From Calcarisporiella thermophila CBS 279.70 (lineage: Eukaryota > Fungi > Calcarisporiellomycota): 64,000 nt of DNA. A model generated the notes under the pieces. It was not told the DNA's origin. It worked only from the letters and a program-made list of their open reading frames with translations, and ran no database searches. Position 1 is the stretch's first letter. Each line of letters begins with the position of its first letter. Below are positions 49,602 to 62,571 of the stretch, piece by piece. A program made the position numbers and the translations under genes. The stretch lies in the NCBI RefSeq assembly GCF_041956535.1, contig NW_027192191.1, forward strand, positions 495,267-559,266. The letters run 5' to 3'.

Positions 49602-50227
49602 GCCTTGTTATGAATTAGCGATATCGCTAATTCTTCATTTCCTTGCTTATATAGCCGAAGTATTTAGGCGTTGTTTGGTTCACTTTCACGTCTTAGTACT
49701 GACTCTTTGATCCATTCTCCCTTAGTTTTTCATACTTGCTCTCCCACCGTGTAAATAGATAGATTTTTGAATTTCGCTTCCAAAGTTTGACCCGATTTCT
49801 GGCATTGTTCAGAGATCAATCAGAGGATAGTTAAAAAAATGGTTCTATCAGTTTGCAATTCTAAGAGCAGCAACGTACATGAAGAACGTGAAGAAAAAAA
49901 AATGAAAAATCAAATAAGTAAACAATAGAAAGAGAAGGGAAAAATAAAAACATGGTTCAATGGGAGTTAGAAAGAAATCTGCAGATATTGTGTTTTTGTT
50001 TGACAATAAAAAGGGTAGACCGAGGGAGAAATTCGTGAGATAATTGAGATTGCGTTAATCCTTTTCAGCATCCACCTTGGAAGAATTAGTCAAAATAAAT
50101 AAAACGGGAGAGTACAATTTCTTCTTCCCTGCGTCGGAATATCAAGCGAAAAAAAAAAACCACGGAAAAAAATAGCAAACATCTAAAAAAAAATTAGGAA
50201 ATATACGGAAATACGGCCACCATGCAA

Positions 50228-53200
50228 CTAAGCTACGATATGGAACGCGTAGCGGGTCACGGCATTGACACGCTCCGATGGATAGCTTAAAGACATTTGT
50301 ACAAAGGAGAGGGCGGTGGAGGGGTCCTCTTTGCACATTCGGTCGAATGATTCGCGCTTCAAACACCAAACATCACTGTCCATATCAGCGACCAACCGGG
50401 TGGAATGCGGCCGGTTTGCGAAAAGGCTTAGTTCCCCGACCATCGTGCCGGGCAAGATGGACTCGAACGCCTGCGAAACCGATTCGCCGAACATAGGCTT
50501 GCCCTCGACTGGCGCACGAGGGGCGTCCTGGTCGTTGTTGCACAACCCAAACTCGTGGATTACCCGCAGGAGTCCATGCTCAACCACATAGAGGGCGTCT
50601 GCCTCGTCCCCGGAGTTCCACAGCACCCTGCCGCGCTCCACCTTCATCCCCTCGAAATGCGCACCCAGTCTGTAAATCAGATCATGGTCCATGTCGGGGG
50701 ATATATCCTGGAACACTTGCCAGAGCAAGGCGAAGGGCTGTGCGAGATGCGCCTGCGGGAGAGGTGCTTCCTGTTGCATCGTCAGCCGGGTCGCCTCGTC
50801 AATGAGGGCACCTCGCGGCGTTCCCACCTGGGATAGAACTCCCGTGTCGCTGTTGTAGCTCCGCGCATTTGGCACGTCCAGGGTGCCCGTCTGTTGTTGG
50901 CGACGCTTGGCCAGTACCGATAAGCGGCGGTAATATTGCTGAAGCAGTGAATTCTCGCACCACTCCAGAGCCCCGTTTAGATTTTCAAAAGTCTGCACAA
51001 TATCGTCCTCCTCGGACGACCAGATCCCGGCGCCTTGCAGTGCACGAGCTTCATCACTTCCCTCCGTTAGTCCGCAGAGCACCATGTACACGTCTTTTGC
51101 GCGGAGTAGCCTCCGAATTCGAATGAAGGCCTCGGCAGCGCTAAAGTCAATGCCGTTAACCTGCTGGAAGTCAAGCACTAGAAAGCGGATGGGGTGGTAC
51201 TGCCACTGCCGGTGGGCGAACATCGCCTTGATGGACCCCTCCAGGGCATTGACCGTCCCGAAAAACATGAACCCCTGCAGCTTCATCACCAGAATTTGGC
51301 TCGCCACTTGCCGCAGGAACTGCTGTTGTCGGTAGAGGCGACGCACCGTCGACTGCGCGGATGCGCCAGAAAAGATGGCACGGATGGGCGACTTGCGTGA
51401 ATTCATCACGACGAAAAAGACACAGGCCATGATGATGCCGGCGAAAATCCCCTCGATGAATCCCCACACCGCCATGACGAAAATGATCGCGAGAATAGTG
51501 AGATATTCCAGGGGGTGCACGATGCCCCAGGTGTCGAGGACGGCCTCCTTAATGAGATCAATGCCCAAATGAAAGATAAGCGCGCCGACAATCATCACAG
51601 GCACATAACCGACCACCCACGGGCCAACCAAGAAAATGACCAGGGTGGCACCCGCCAGCATCAGGCCCGCCACCCGACTATCGCCTCCGCAGCGCATGAA
51701 GAGGACCGAGTTGGTATAGACAAGATAGTTTTGCACGGAGCCAGCCAATCCGGATATCATGTTCGAAAGACCGTGCGCGACTAGCTCCCGGTTCGTGTCC
51801 ACATCCTCCTGGCCTGTCGTGCGCTGAAGTGCAGGCAGGTTCACCGGGACGTGAAGAATGCCAAAGAAGGTCAGAGCGAGCATGGCGGGAATGGTAGCGG
51901 CAATTGCCTCCCAGTTAGTTGCTCGGAAATCGAAGTACTGGTAGAAATGATAAAATGGCACGTTGCTCTTTGGCATCGGGAAGATCCAGCCATCCCTGCG
52001 CAGGTCCTCCATAGGCCATCCCCCGATGGCGATCACCACATAGAAAATTACGGGGATCGCCATGAAGAAGAGGGGCACTAATAGGGCATTTTGAATACGT
52101 GACTGGAGGAAACGGAGCAGAAGAGCAAGCGAAAATGCCGAGAACCACAATGCAAACACATGGCCGTCGAGGAATAGGTGTCGAAACATGGGGAGGGTAT
52201 AGGTGAGATTCGTTTTGAGTCGCGCCGATACCTCGACCCCCGTCACCACCAAAAACCAGCCCACACCACCTATTCGGGAGAGGGGGAACATCAATTATAG
52301 CAAACACGGCTGGCACTGATCATACGCAGACGCTTACCAATACAACCCACCAAAATGTGCCTCGGGAAGAATTCGATGAGCGATCCGAGCTTTGAGATTT
52401 TACCCAACGCAAATTTGGTCAGCCTTTCCTCGAATCAAAAATCTCGAGCGGATTTACTCACCTTGAACGCTCCAAGGGCAAGGAACACAAGCCCGGTAAG
52501 AATCGAGCTGATGGCAAATGCGAGAATGGTAGTAGCAATGGCTTCATGTGGCTTATCTTCACCCACAATAGAGACAATGGTTTCCGCTCTATAGCGTTAT
52601 GTATACGAAACGTTAGCATTAAACTCACAACCCATTCACTTAATACGCAAACTGACATCAAATGCAAGAAGGGGACCACTTCAATCATCATTGACCCATT
52701 TGCACCGGCAAATGCACTCCCGCCCAGTGAAAAAACTAATTGCGACACAATACAGCTACAAATAAAAAATGAAAAAAAAAATAAAATAAAATGAGGTTTA
52801 GAACTGGAGCAGGGCCAGTTTCGGGGCGATGAAGCCGATTACCTAACGAAAAACATGGAAATACCGTCCGGCCCAAACGAACTAAACAAGGTCATATTCA
52901 AGGGAAAGGTGATCATTCCTATACAGAGCCACCATCAGTGCGCGTGTACTCTCAGAGTGTAGATAATCAGTGGAGTAGGCCTACCGTAAGATATCGCGTC
53001 CAACAAGTTCAGTAATAAACCCAAAATCACCGCAGGTACATAGGTAATAGGATCAATAAACACTTTGCGCAGAAGCTGCGATGGCGACACGCATTTTGAA
53101 AATTTGTACAGCCCGCCATCTTGCCGTCTCCATCCGTTTCCCAGCAGCGGCTCTTGCTCAGTTCCCGCCTTTCTACTTTTGTCGGAGCCTAGCCAGCCCT

Positions 53201-53915
53201 CCCAGAAGGAGCCATGCCCAGGCTGCATCCCCTTGACCAGGTGAGAGTAGTCCGAAGGGGTGACATAGGAGGCGGGCAGTGGTTCCCTCCATGTGTCATC
53301 TCCAATTGAAATGGAAGGACCTTCATCCAGAACTGTAGACGACTCCGTCGCCGACGGTGGCTGCAGCGAAGGAGGAAGAGGCGCCGGTAAAGGAGGTGGG
53401 GGAGGTGGAGGCGGAGGATTATACGAAGTTCTATCGTAGCCTACCGTGGACTTGACCGTGGTCGTCCTGCCACGCTGCTCCTCCTTCTGATGTCTCTCAG
53501 CCTCCTGCAGGAGGAGAGAAAGGTTGCTCCGTCGCGAGGACTTGATGTTGGAGGCAACCGGCTTCTTATTGAGCGTGTCTGCGCCGAATAAATCCAGGCT
53601 TTCGGTGGATTCCGCGTCTCGGCGAGGCCCCATGGTTGGGGATTCCTTCATGCCCAAATCGCCGAGGGCCAGGGATTGTTCGCGAATTTTGTGAGGGGAA
53701 GCAGAATATTGCGCCATCTCTGTTCAAGAAGGTTAATGAGCGCCAGCAAGAAAAGAGCAAGAGGAATCGGGATACTTGCCGGCATCCAAAACATTGTGTG
53801 TCCCCACATAAGAGCGTGCGGGCATCCCAGAATCTCCCATTTGGGATCGAGTGGACGACAAAGATCGGCGGAAGGTCGGCGGCTCCTCCACGCCGGCATC
53901 GTTTGGCATAAGCAT
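50228..53915 (-). CDS. SulP/SLC26 transporter with STAS and cNMP-binding domains (Vsb1/YGR125W-like); multi-exon, start approximate
   Basis: PAVILGLLLNLLDAISYG, GANGSMMIEVVPF, ALTFFGILHVPVN, GSVQNYLVYTNS; STAS KLQGFMFFGT...DFSAAEAF; cNMP PGTMVGEL. Confidence 0.9.
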
Positions 53916-54511
53916 GATGAAGCGAGATGTAAAACGATCAAGTCACTTGGCAGAGAAGAGGGGGGAGGGGAATATAATGTAGTGGTGGATTCGTAGTGGA
54001 TTTCCTTAGAATCGAATAGCCATTTGATGTCTCTCGAGATATCAAGGCACGAGAATTGAGAGCTGTTAATTAAAACGATGAATACAGGGGGGGGGGACCA
54101 AACTCTCCGGTCTAGCTCAGCTGTCTTCACAAAGAGCCGATTTACACAGCGATGGTGAACAATTCAGACCAGGCGAAAGAGTATCTGGTTTTTTGGTTTT
54201 TTAGTTCGTTTGGTTCGCCGACTAAAAACTGAGTAAATTTGAGTACAATCGGATAGATGGCGAAATTTCTTTCCCCGATTCCTCCAATTTTTCACGCGTT
54301 GGAGAGGAGCCGGGCAGCAGCTGCGGCAGCGGAAGAATTTCTCGAGGTGCATACAGGGTGCAGGGCCTGAACGGGCCCCGCCTTTTGCATGTTGAAAATC
54401 CATCCTTTTTATTCCATGGAGAATTGACACTTAACAGACTCTTAACTTGTAGGGTTTCATACTTTGCGATAGAAAAGATAAGCAAGAGATAACCTTAACA
54501 CTAGGACTAAT

Positions 54512-56436
54512 TTAGCTCAATTTCGCAGCCTAAGCACAACCATAAAAAGAAATTTCATTTAGAAGACGAGAACAAAAGTGAAAAAGAGAGGGCTCGCGGA
54601 AATTACCTTCTCATACAACGACGATACCACATTGCCCATCTGCTTCAATGTTTCAATGGCGGCATCGTAGGTTTTCTGTGTTGAAAAAAAAAAAAATCGT
54701 ACCAATTTCTTTAAATATAACCCCGTCCGCAGAAAGGTTCCAACACACAAGTTAACACCTACATCTTCACACGGCTCATCAAATACAATCAAGCACCCTG
54801 CGCCTTGGTCCAAGATCCCATGGAATACTTTATCAAGAATCATCTGCGAGAGTCTATGGTGGGAGAAAGTGGTACCCTACATTATTCCCGGCAGCAGAAG
54901 CGAAAAAGAGCAGAGATGCTTACTTGTTTTCCACTTGCGCAGTGGGCATCTTCACGAGCTCTGCGATGTGTGCAATCTCCACACGGGAGAACGGCTCGAT
55001 GATGCGTGAGAGATTCTGCTCAAGCAGAGTATCATAGAGCGCAGCCAGGTGATTGCGGATGATAGGATCTTCGCTGAGCTCTATAAACGATCGGGAGGTC
55101 AGTATCTTGAACGAACCGATCCAATGAGGCTTGCGGGCAAAATACCTTGGCGGTAGGTGGCCAGCGCCTGTTCGAACTCCTGTAGTGATCTGTTTTGATG
55201 GGCAACCGCCACTGCCTTCATTGCGTCAATATCAGACCCTTGGTAGCGCAGGGCAAGTTTCCCTGTGATAATGGAGTGGACGTCCTCCGCCGAATTTAAC
55301 ATCACCTTGCAGAGCAGCATATATTTGAGAGCAAGGATGGCGCGTGGGTCCTCCTGAGAAGAATACCCCTCGAGTGTTTCGTAGAAATAAGAGTACGCCG
55401 TCTTATAGTCCTTCTCTTCCGCATGCAAAATACCCGACTGCATGTCAAGAGCGGCTTGCAGCAATGGCGGGCAGTAGATGGAGTTGGCTGATGTCCGTGC
55501 AGAGGTGAGGGCAGCCTTTTCAATGAAAATAAATCGTCAATAAAGGATAATAAACGGATCTGCAACTAGCGCGAGCAGTAGAAAATAGCTGAAGCCTACC
55601 CTTGCTTTAGGAAGATTGCGAAGTGCGTGGCACGCTCGGCTCTCGAGCAGCTGCACCTCAACTAGGACCATCTTATCATCCACCCGCTTCAGCTCCTTCA
55701 GCAGCGATGATATTAAAGTTAGTGCCTCGCTGTACATTTTACTGTCCAAATATCTGTTAGAAAAAGAGAGAGGGGTGAGCAGCCATATTTATGAGGCACC
55801 AATTGGAGAGGATATAAACTTACAAGGCTACGAGGCGTGTCTCCAGCGATTGTTTTAAAAATACACGCTTGTCATTCATCGCCCACTCAATGTTCTCCTT
55901 GCACACCTCAATTTGCAGTGCGATCGAGTCTGGGATTTCCGTGAAGTAGTCAATCAGGGATTTCACTAGTAGGATAAAGGAGATGGGAATCCGTAAGCTC
56001 GGGTAGAAATTGGATGTGTCGTCGTGAGCATTAACCTACCCAGTTTGGCCGTTTTTGCTTTAGCGATGGAGTTCATAATTGTGCGGGAAGATCGAATAAG
56101 CTCAGCCAGCTCGGCGGGTTTTCTAAAGAGCAATCGATTAGGAGGGCAACGAAAGAGAATGCAAGGGTTGTTTATTGAGAATGAACTGAGGCTCAGTCTT
56201 ACCGAAGATTTTTGTAGAGCTCTCCAAGCTGCAACAGAGCCTGCTCTTGATCACGAAGGCTGGATTCATCCGTCGCTAAAGGGTGCAATGTCGAGGATTA
56301 TCCGAAAACAAATCACAATGTCACAAAAATGAACGATCGATCCCTTACCATTCTCCTTGAGGACGGCCTGATAAAGCCGAATTGCTTGCTCTGGCTGGTT
56401 CTCCTTAAGACTAGCAGCTTGTTCAAGCAATGACAT
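54512..56436 (-). CDS. RPN6: 26S proteasome lid subunit Rpn6 (PSMD11); multi-exon
   Basis: [54 protein letters not shown] and [18 protein letters not shown]. Confidence 0.95.
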
Positions 56437-56629
56437 GATAGTTTATATAATGAGGATTCTAGATTAAAAAGGGTTGATCGCGTTCCAGCTACCAGAGTAG
56501 AGCCAAACCAAAAATTCGCGTGCGTCATCGATCGAATTTGAGTACGTGGACTATTTCTCGCGACTTTGTTTTTCGCTCACTCTCCATTAGCCAAAGTATC
56601 CAAGAAAGCATAGACTAAGCAACAGCATA

Positions 56630-58244
56630 ATGGAAACAGAAATCCCGAAAATCCCCAACCTAGATCTAGCAGTATGTCTCTCACTAAGTGATGGTCGACT
56701 GGCACAGAGCAATTTCTAATCTCTTTTTTACGCGATCTATCTTTATTTCCTTAAAAAAAATAGCATTACAGATTTATATTGAATCAAGGTCCAACTGAGC
56801 TGCGCGAAGATGCAAAGGCAAAACTCTTCCAAGAGATCAAGGACAATGGTACATTCCCGTCCACTTCTCCAGGCTATTCAATTATGCTGATACTAATTGT
56901 ATTTTACGATTGCGCATTCTCTCTTGCTAGCTATGGCGCCTTTCTACCAGCTCATTTGTGAGGATCTCAAAATACAACCCGATCAAGCCTTTCTGAATCA
57001 AATGCGGGAAACAAACCAGGAAGAGCTGAAAAAACTGGATGAGCGCTTGGCCGATGCAGAGCAAAACTTGGGAGAAATGGAAATTAATGATGCATTGCTG
57101 GCAAAAGCGGAGTATTTGGCCAAAATCGGTGAAAAGGTTAGTGTACTTTTGCCATGCTCCAATTACAATACACTAGAGCTCACAGTCCTCTCTATTATGT
57201 AGGAGAAGGCGATCTCTGCCTTTCGTGTAGCTTATGACAAGATCACGACAACGGGCACACGTATCGATATTATCTTCTCATTAATGCGGATTGGCTTCTT
57301 CTTCAACGACAACGATATTTTGAGCCGGAATATAGATAAAGCAAAAACGTAAGTGGGTGACCTGGGGGGTGCTGTGCTTTTTTCATTCTAATTTTGCTTT
57401 TCTCAACTTGACACAGACTCATCGAGGAAGGTGGCGACTGGGACCGCCGCAACCGCCTCAAGGTCTATCAAGGCACCTACCTCATGTCGATCCGCGACTT
57501 TAAGAATGCTGCAAACCTCTTCCTGGACACGCTCTCCACCTTCACATCCACAGAGCTCATGGAGTACAAAGAGTTCGTTAAGTACGCCGTTATCACAAGT
57601 GTGGTCAGCCTTAAGAGAGTCGACTTGAAAAAGAGGGTATGCCATTGGGCCACTTTGCAGAGATGAGGGTACAATTCGAAAGCTAGACTCTGATTCATTT
57701 TTTCTTTTGCATAGGTACTGGACTCGCCCGAAGTCCTCGAGGTACTCCATGAAATCCCCCACCTTGAAGACTTCATCACCTCCCTCTACAACTGCAACTA
57801 TGCCAAATTCTTCATTGCCCTAGGTAAAACAAAGCAAATCCGCCAGCATCATCCCACGCGCTTATTTTCTAACCTCCTCTTGTTTGTTGATGGTTAGCCG
57901 ATGTGGAACAAGCACACCTTCGCACCTCCCGCTTCCTCTTCCCCCACATGCGCTATTACGTCCGCGAGATGCGCATTCTGGGATACACGCAGTTGCTCGA
58001 ATCCTACCGCTCGCTGACCATGGAGAGCATGGCCAATGCGTTCGGCGTCTCCGAGGAGTTCATCGACCGGGACCTGTCCCGGTTCATTGCTGCGGGGCGG
58101 CTGAATTGCGTGATTGACAAGGTCAACGGCATTGTGGAGACGAACCGGCCTGACGCGAAGAATGCGCAATACCAGGCGGTGATCAAGCAGGGAGATCTGC
58201 TATTGAATCGGGTACAGAAGCTGAGTCGTGTCATCAATGTTTAA
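56630..58244 (+). CDS. RPN7: 26S proteasome lid subunit Rpn7 (PSMD6); multi-exon
   Basis: [42 protein letters not shown] and [14 protein letters not shown]...[17 protein letters not shown]. Confidence 0.95.
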
Positions 58245-59866
58245 TTGTTCTCTTGTTTTGGTTATATATAAATATAAATGCTCCTCTTTCTTTCTTCCCT
58301 CCTCCCCCTTCCCCCCCAAACACGGGCTTGTGGACCCTCAAGCATGAGATGAGAATAAAAGGCTGATGCGAGTTTGGATGGTAAACAGAGGGATCTTTGT
58401 TGGACACCATCCTGCATCCTGGCTTTTCCAGCCATTCGGCCTGTAATAGGAAGCGATGCTTTCCATCCGGTACCTGCGCCTCGTCCTTATGCCTTATCAT
58501 GCATCCCATTACGTTGAAAATCAAGCTCTGGGAAAACAAGCATGTGAGGAGATTTGCAAGCGACGGGTTCGTCATCACGCTTTTCGCAATAGGCTATTTC
58601 CTCTAATCCCGCGTGATTTACAGAACTCACGCCACCGCAGCTCCGAACCAATGACCTGCGCTACCCTCACTTGCCTCACGACCAAGAATCATGGTTAGAT
58701 CATTTCTCTCTGCTTCTCCGCTCAGGGATGCAGCAGAGCAAGACTCCTGTTTTCTTTAATTATTTTTGATGCGCGCTTTTGGTCTGCAATAAATATTGTG
58801 GCCCAAGGTGGATTACACAAATAAAACCAGATGCGCCTGACGTTAGCATATATACCTGAGGAGAGAGAACACCAGAGCCCTTCACCCTTACGCATCTTTG
58901 GCCCCAATTTCATGATGCAGCCGGACAAGGTTGGGCCACCATCAGATCCCAGTGTTCCGAGCGAATCAACTTAAAATGCCTCTCCGAGGAGTGCAGCGTG
59001 CATCAAATCTTTCTAGGCGCTCAAAGCATGAGGCTCTCTGCGAATGGGCATCGCGTTACCTCACTTCCGACCATCGCCCTATCTCTGCGTGTTTTCAAAC
59101 CGGCCGGCCCATCTTTTTTTATCCTTTTTCCCAGGCACCCCTTTGGAAATGAGACGACGAGGACAGGGAGGGCCGGGCAGTATCGAATCCTCCTGCACAT
59201 GTATTTTTGGCCGGCGATAAATCCTGCCATTCCAATCGATGTCCTTGGGGGGATGCTGGTGCTAATAACAGATGGATATTCTAATTGGGACTCACGTGTG
59301 AGACGAGTTCAAAGCCATTTATTTCCATTAAAAATTGGATTGGGACTTAAAATTTGCACACATGCTTTTATTAACTCTGGATATTTTACAATAGATGTGA
59401 CTGTGCGAATCTGCTCTCCAATAAACCCGAGTGTCACTGACACTCAACGATGGGACAAAACCCAAGTAAAATAGATGCACTGAAGGAGCCACCTTCACTC
59501 TTTCCGGGTAAAGCATACTTACCCCCTCCCCCTTCAGGGGATATCCCTTTGTACGCACACAAGTCACACGAATCTCCTGGAAAATATGAACAAGGGATCC
59601 ACCCGCACCCAGAAATCGATATCTCTCCTTCAATCACTCGACGGGAAGATATTGCACTGGCCTCCTGCTTGACTTTGAGTAGACACTGGATCGGATCTCC
59701 TGCCAGGGCCGCGAAAAGGCCTCCCCACTTCCATTCCCAATTCCTTGGAAGGGGGCCAAGATCCTCGCGGTAAGCGTTTCTTACAATGTGCTATATTGAG
59801 ATCTTATTTAATAAAAATCAAAAGAGAGAGAGAGAGAGAGAGAGAAAGAAAAAAAAAGAAGAAGAA

Positions 59867-60205
59867 NNNNNNNNNNNNNNNNNNNNNNNNNNNNNNNNNN
59901 NNNNNNNNNNNNNNNNNNNNNNNNNNNNNNNNNNNNNNNNNNNNNNNNNNNNNNNNNNNNNNNNNNNNNNNNNNNNNNNNNNNNNNNNNNNNNNNNNNNN
60001 NNNNNNNNNNNNNNNNNNNNNNNNNNNNNNNNNNNNNNNNNNNNNNNNNNNNNNNNNNNNNNNNNNNNNNNNNNNNNNNNNNNNNNNNNNNNNNNNNNNN
60101 NNNNNNNNNNNNNNNNNNNNNNNNNNNNNNNNNNNNNNNNNNNNNNNNNNNNNNNNNNNNNNNNNNNNNNNNNNNNNNNNNNNNNNNNNNNNNNNNNNNN
60201 NNNNN
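59867..60205. other. Assembly gap (N run) flanked by (GA)n/poly-A tracts
   Basis: N run; both flanks carry near-identical gatcttatttaataaaa...(ga)n aaaa sequence. Confidence 0.95.
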
Positions 60206-60425
60206 TATATTGTAGATCTTATTTAATAAAATACAAAGAAGAGAGAGAGAGAGAGAGAGAGAAAAAAAAAAAAGAAGAGATAAGAGAAGAGAAATCAAGA
60301 AATAAAATAAGAATAAGAAGTATAATATATATATATATATGCAAGCATAAAAAATTAGTGTATAGAGTGGAGAAATACAGTAGAGCGCGACTCATATCAA
60401 CAAAAAAGATCACCCCTTCATCCTC

Positions 60426-62299
60426 TTAAGTTTCATCGTCCTCCTCTGGACCTGGATCTGTGAAAAAGTAAGGGTGCTCTAGAGCCTCGCGAGCGCTAAT
60501 CCGCTCGTCTGGGTCGTAAACAAGAAGTTGCTTTAGTAGATCCAAGAGAAGCGCATTGATTTTGTTACGAGGGGGGATGATTTCCTGGGAGGAATACCAA
60601 GGATTAGTATTCGAATTGGGAAGGAGAGGGAGGAGGGGCACCAGGCCGTAGGTTATTTACCGCCAAGGGTTTCATTGCCTTTACGTATTTACGGCTCTGA
60701 CGATTTGTCTCCTGGTTAGGATAGTCTAACCGCCCGTGCTTAAAGTATTTTTGTGAAGCACAGCTGTGGCGAGCGTCGGTTAACGGTTAGTATCAGGCAA
60801 GGTTACGAACCAAAAAAATATTCGAAGGAAGCAGACTTACTTTGCGTTCCGCATCATTCGATCGGAAATTCGCCCCAGCACGGTCTCCATCATGGCCAGA
60901 TGCTCCAGATTGTCGTGGGTCTGGAAGAGGGCATCTCCTGTGCTGAACTCGACCAAGATGCACCCAATGCTCCATATGTCGCAAGGAAAGGACCAGCCCA
61001 TGCCGAGGATAATTTCTGGCGCTCGATAGTGCCGTGTAGAGACGACGGAGGAATGGTATTCAGAGTTAAAGGTGGCGCTCCCGAAATCGATCAGCCGGAT
61101 ATTGGTGTCGAGAAGTACTCGTTTGTTGGGTGCCTTCTGCAAGTACAACAAAGGAAGCACGCACACACACGCGCAGAAGAGAGGAGCGGGTTAGTTTGCA
61201 AAAGAGGAGGCGGGGGAGGGGGAGGGGCACAAAGCAAATAGAAGCCAAGAGGATACTTACTGTCTTGCTCGGCACCACCTTGTACTCTCCATTGACCAGC
61301 AGAATATTCTCTGGCTTCAAGTCTGTGTGAATCAGCTCCAAATCATGCAGGACTAAACAAGGTTTTCGTTAGCTTTCCATAGGTTTGCTCAAGGGAGATC
61401 CTTCAATTTACAGGCCACACTCTGGAGAAGCTGCTTTGCAAAATGTTGGATCTGGCGCGGGGGAAACGGACAAAAGTGATTCTCTTTCAAAAAGTCGAAC
61501 ACCGACTGCCCAAACAAGTCGAACACCATGCACACATGGTTGCGAAAATCAAATGTCTCCCTTAGGTGGATGCATTTGCTATTTCCCAAAAACGAGTCGG
61601 CCTCAGTTATCGCGAGGAGAAAGGAGGAAGAGGAGGGAGATGAGCTCGGATCAGAGGAAACTTACTTAAGGTTGCGGGGATCGTGCTTTGCGATAGTATT
61701 CAGGACCCGTATCTCGATTTTACTGGCATCACGGTATTTCTGCACGGCACGGATAATCTTAATGGCGACAAACGACCGTGCCACCTTGTCCCAGCACTCG
61801 ACCACCTTTCCGAATGTGCCCTGCCCCAACTGGCGAATGATGCGGTCTAGGGTTCCCCCCAATCAGATGCTCCGTCAATACCAGGCAATCAATGTAACAA
61901 CTAACAGATACCAGGGGATACATACATCGAGGCGTTAGGTCTTCATCCGGAACAATGACGTAGTGTCCATCCTTATCATCGTACGACGCAACCACCGGCT
62001 GATTAGGCTACAAAAGGCCCCGCCCCAAGAAAGAGAATGAGTGGCCCAGCCATGGAGCTATTCACGAATGCCACACCCTCATCACACATTACCTTGGAGT
62101 CCGCCACATTGTCCTTCCTTCGCTTCTTGGTGGTCGGTGTTTTTCGTTTGGACGAGGAAAGTGCATGTTTGTTGGTGGAGGGGGTGGGCGGCGGGGTGGG
62201 GGAATTGATCACAATAACTTCGGCGGGGTACCCGTTCCTGTAAAAATCCTTCTCCCAATCAGGATTAAACCGCTTACGACGGGAAGTGATGGCAGCCAT
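60426..62299 (-). CDS. LAMMER dual-specificity kinase (Kns1/Lkh1/CLK family); multi-exon
   Basis: [37 protein letters not shown] and the signature EHLAMME. Confidence 0.95.
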
Positions 62300-62571
62300 C
62301 TTGTAAGGCGGTGATATTCAAAGTGGTGAGTATTGCTCGAGCGGCGTTAATTAGGGGGGAGTGGGTAGTCAATGGTGTAAAAAAAATGAGTGCATTCTCA
62401 CTTCGTCGCCTGCTCCTTTCTTTTTTCCCTCAGTATTCAAAAATTATTAAGCACTTAATAATTTTATAAAAAATTACACACGAAAAAAAAAAAATTCAAA
62501 AACTAGTGCAAGAAATCAGTAGCCAAGCCGACACAAAAAAAAACTATTCGCAGTTCAATAGGTTTCAATTA

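Noticed and set aside
58931-59152. SDHRPISACF motif suggesting an EEP/inositol phosphatase or LINE endonuclease
   Set aside because: No other family motifs in frame; probably chance or an unrecognisable remnant.
59745-60298. ORFs spanning the N run
   Set aside because: Artifacts of the assembly gap.
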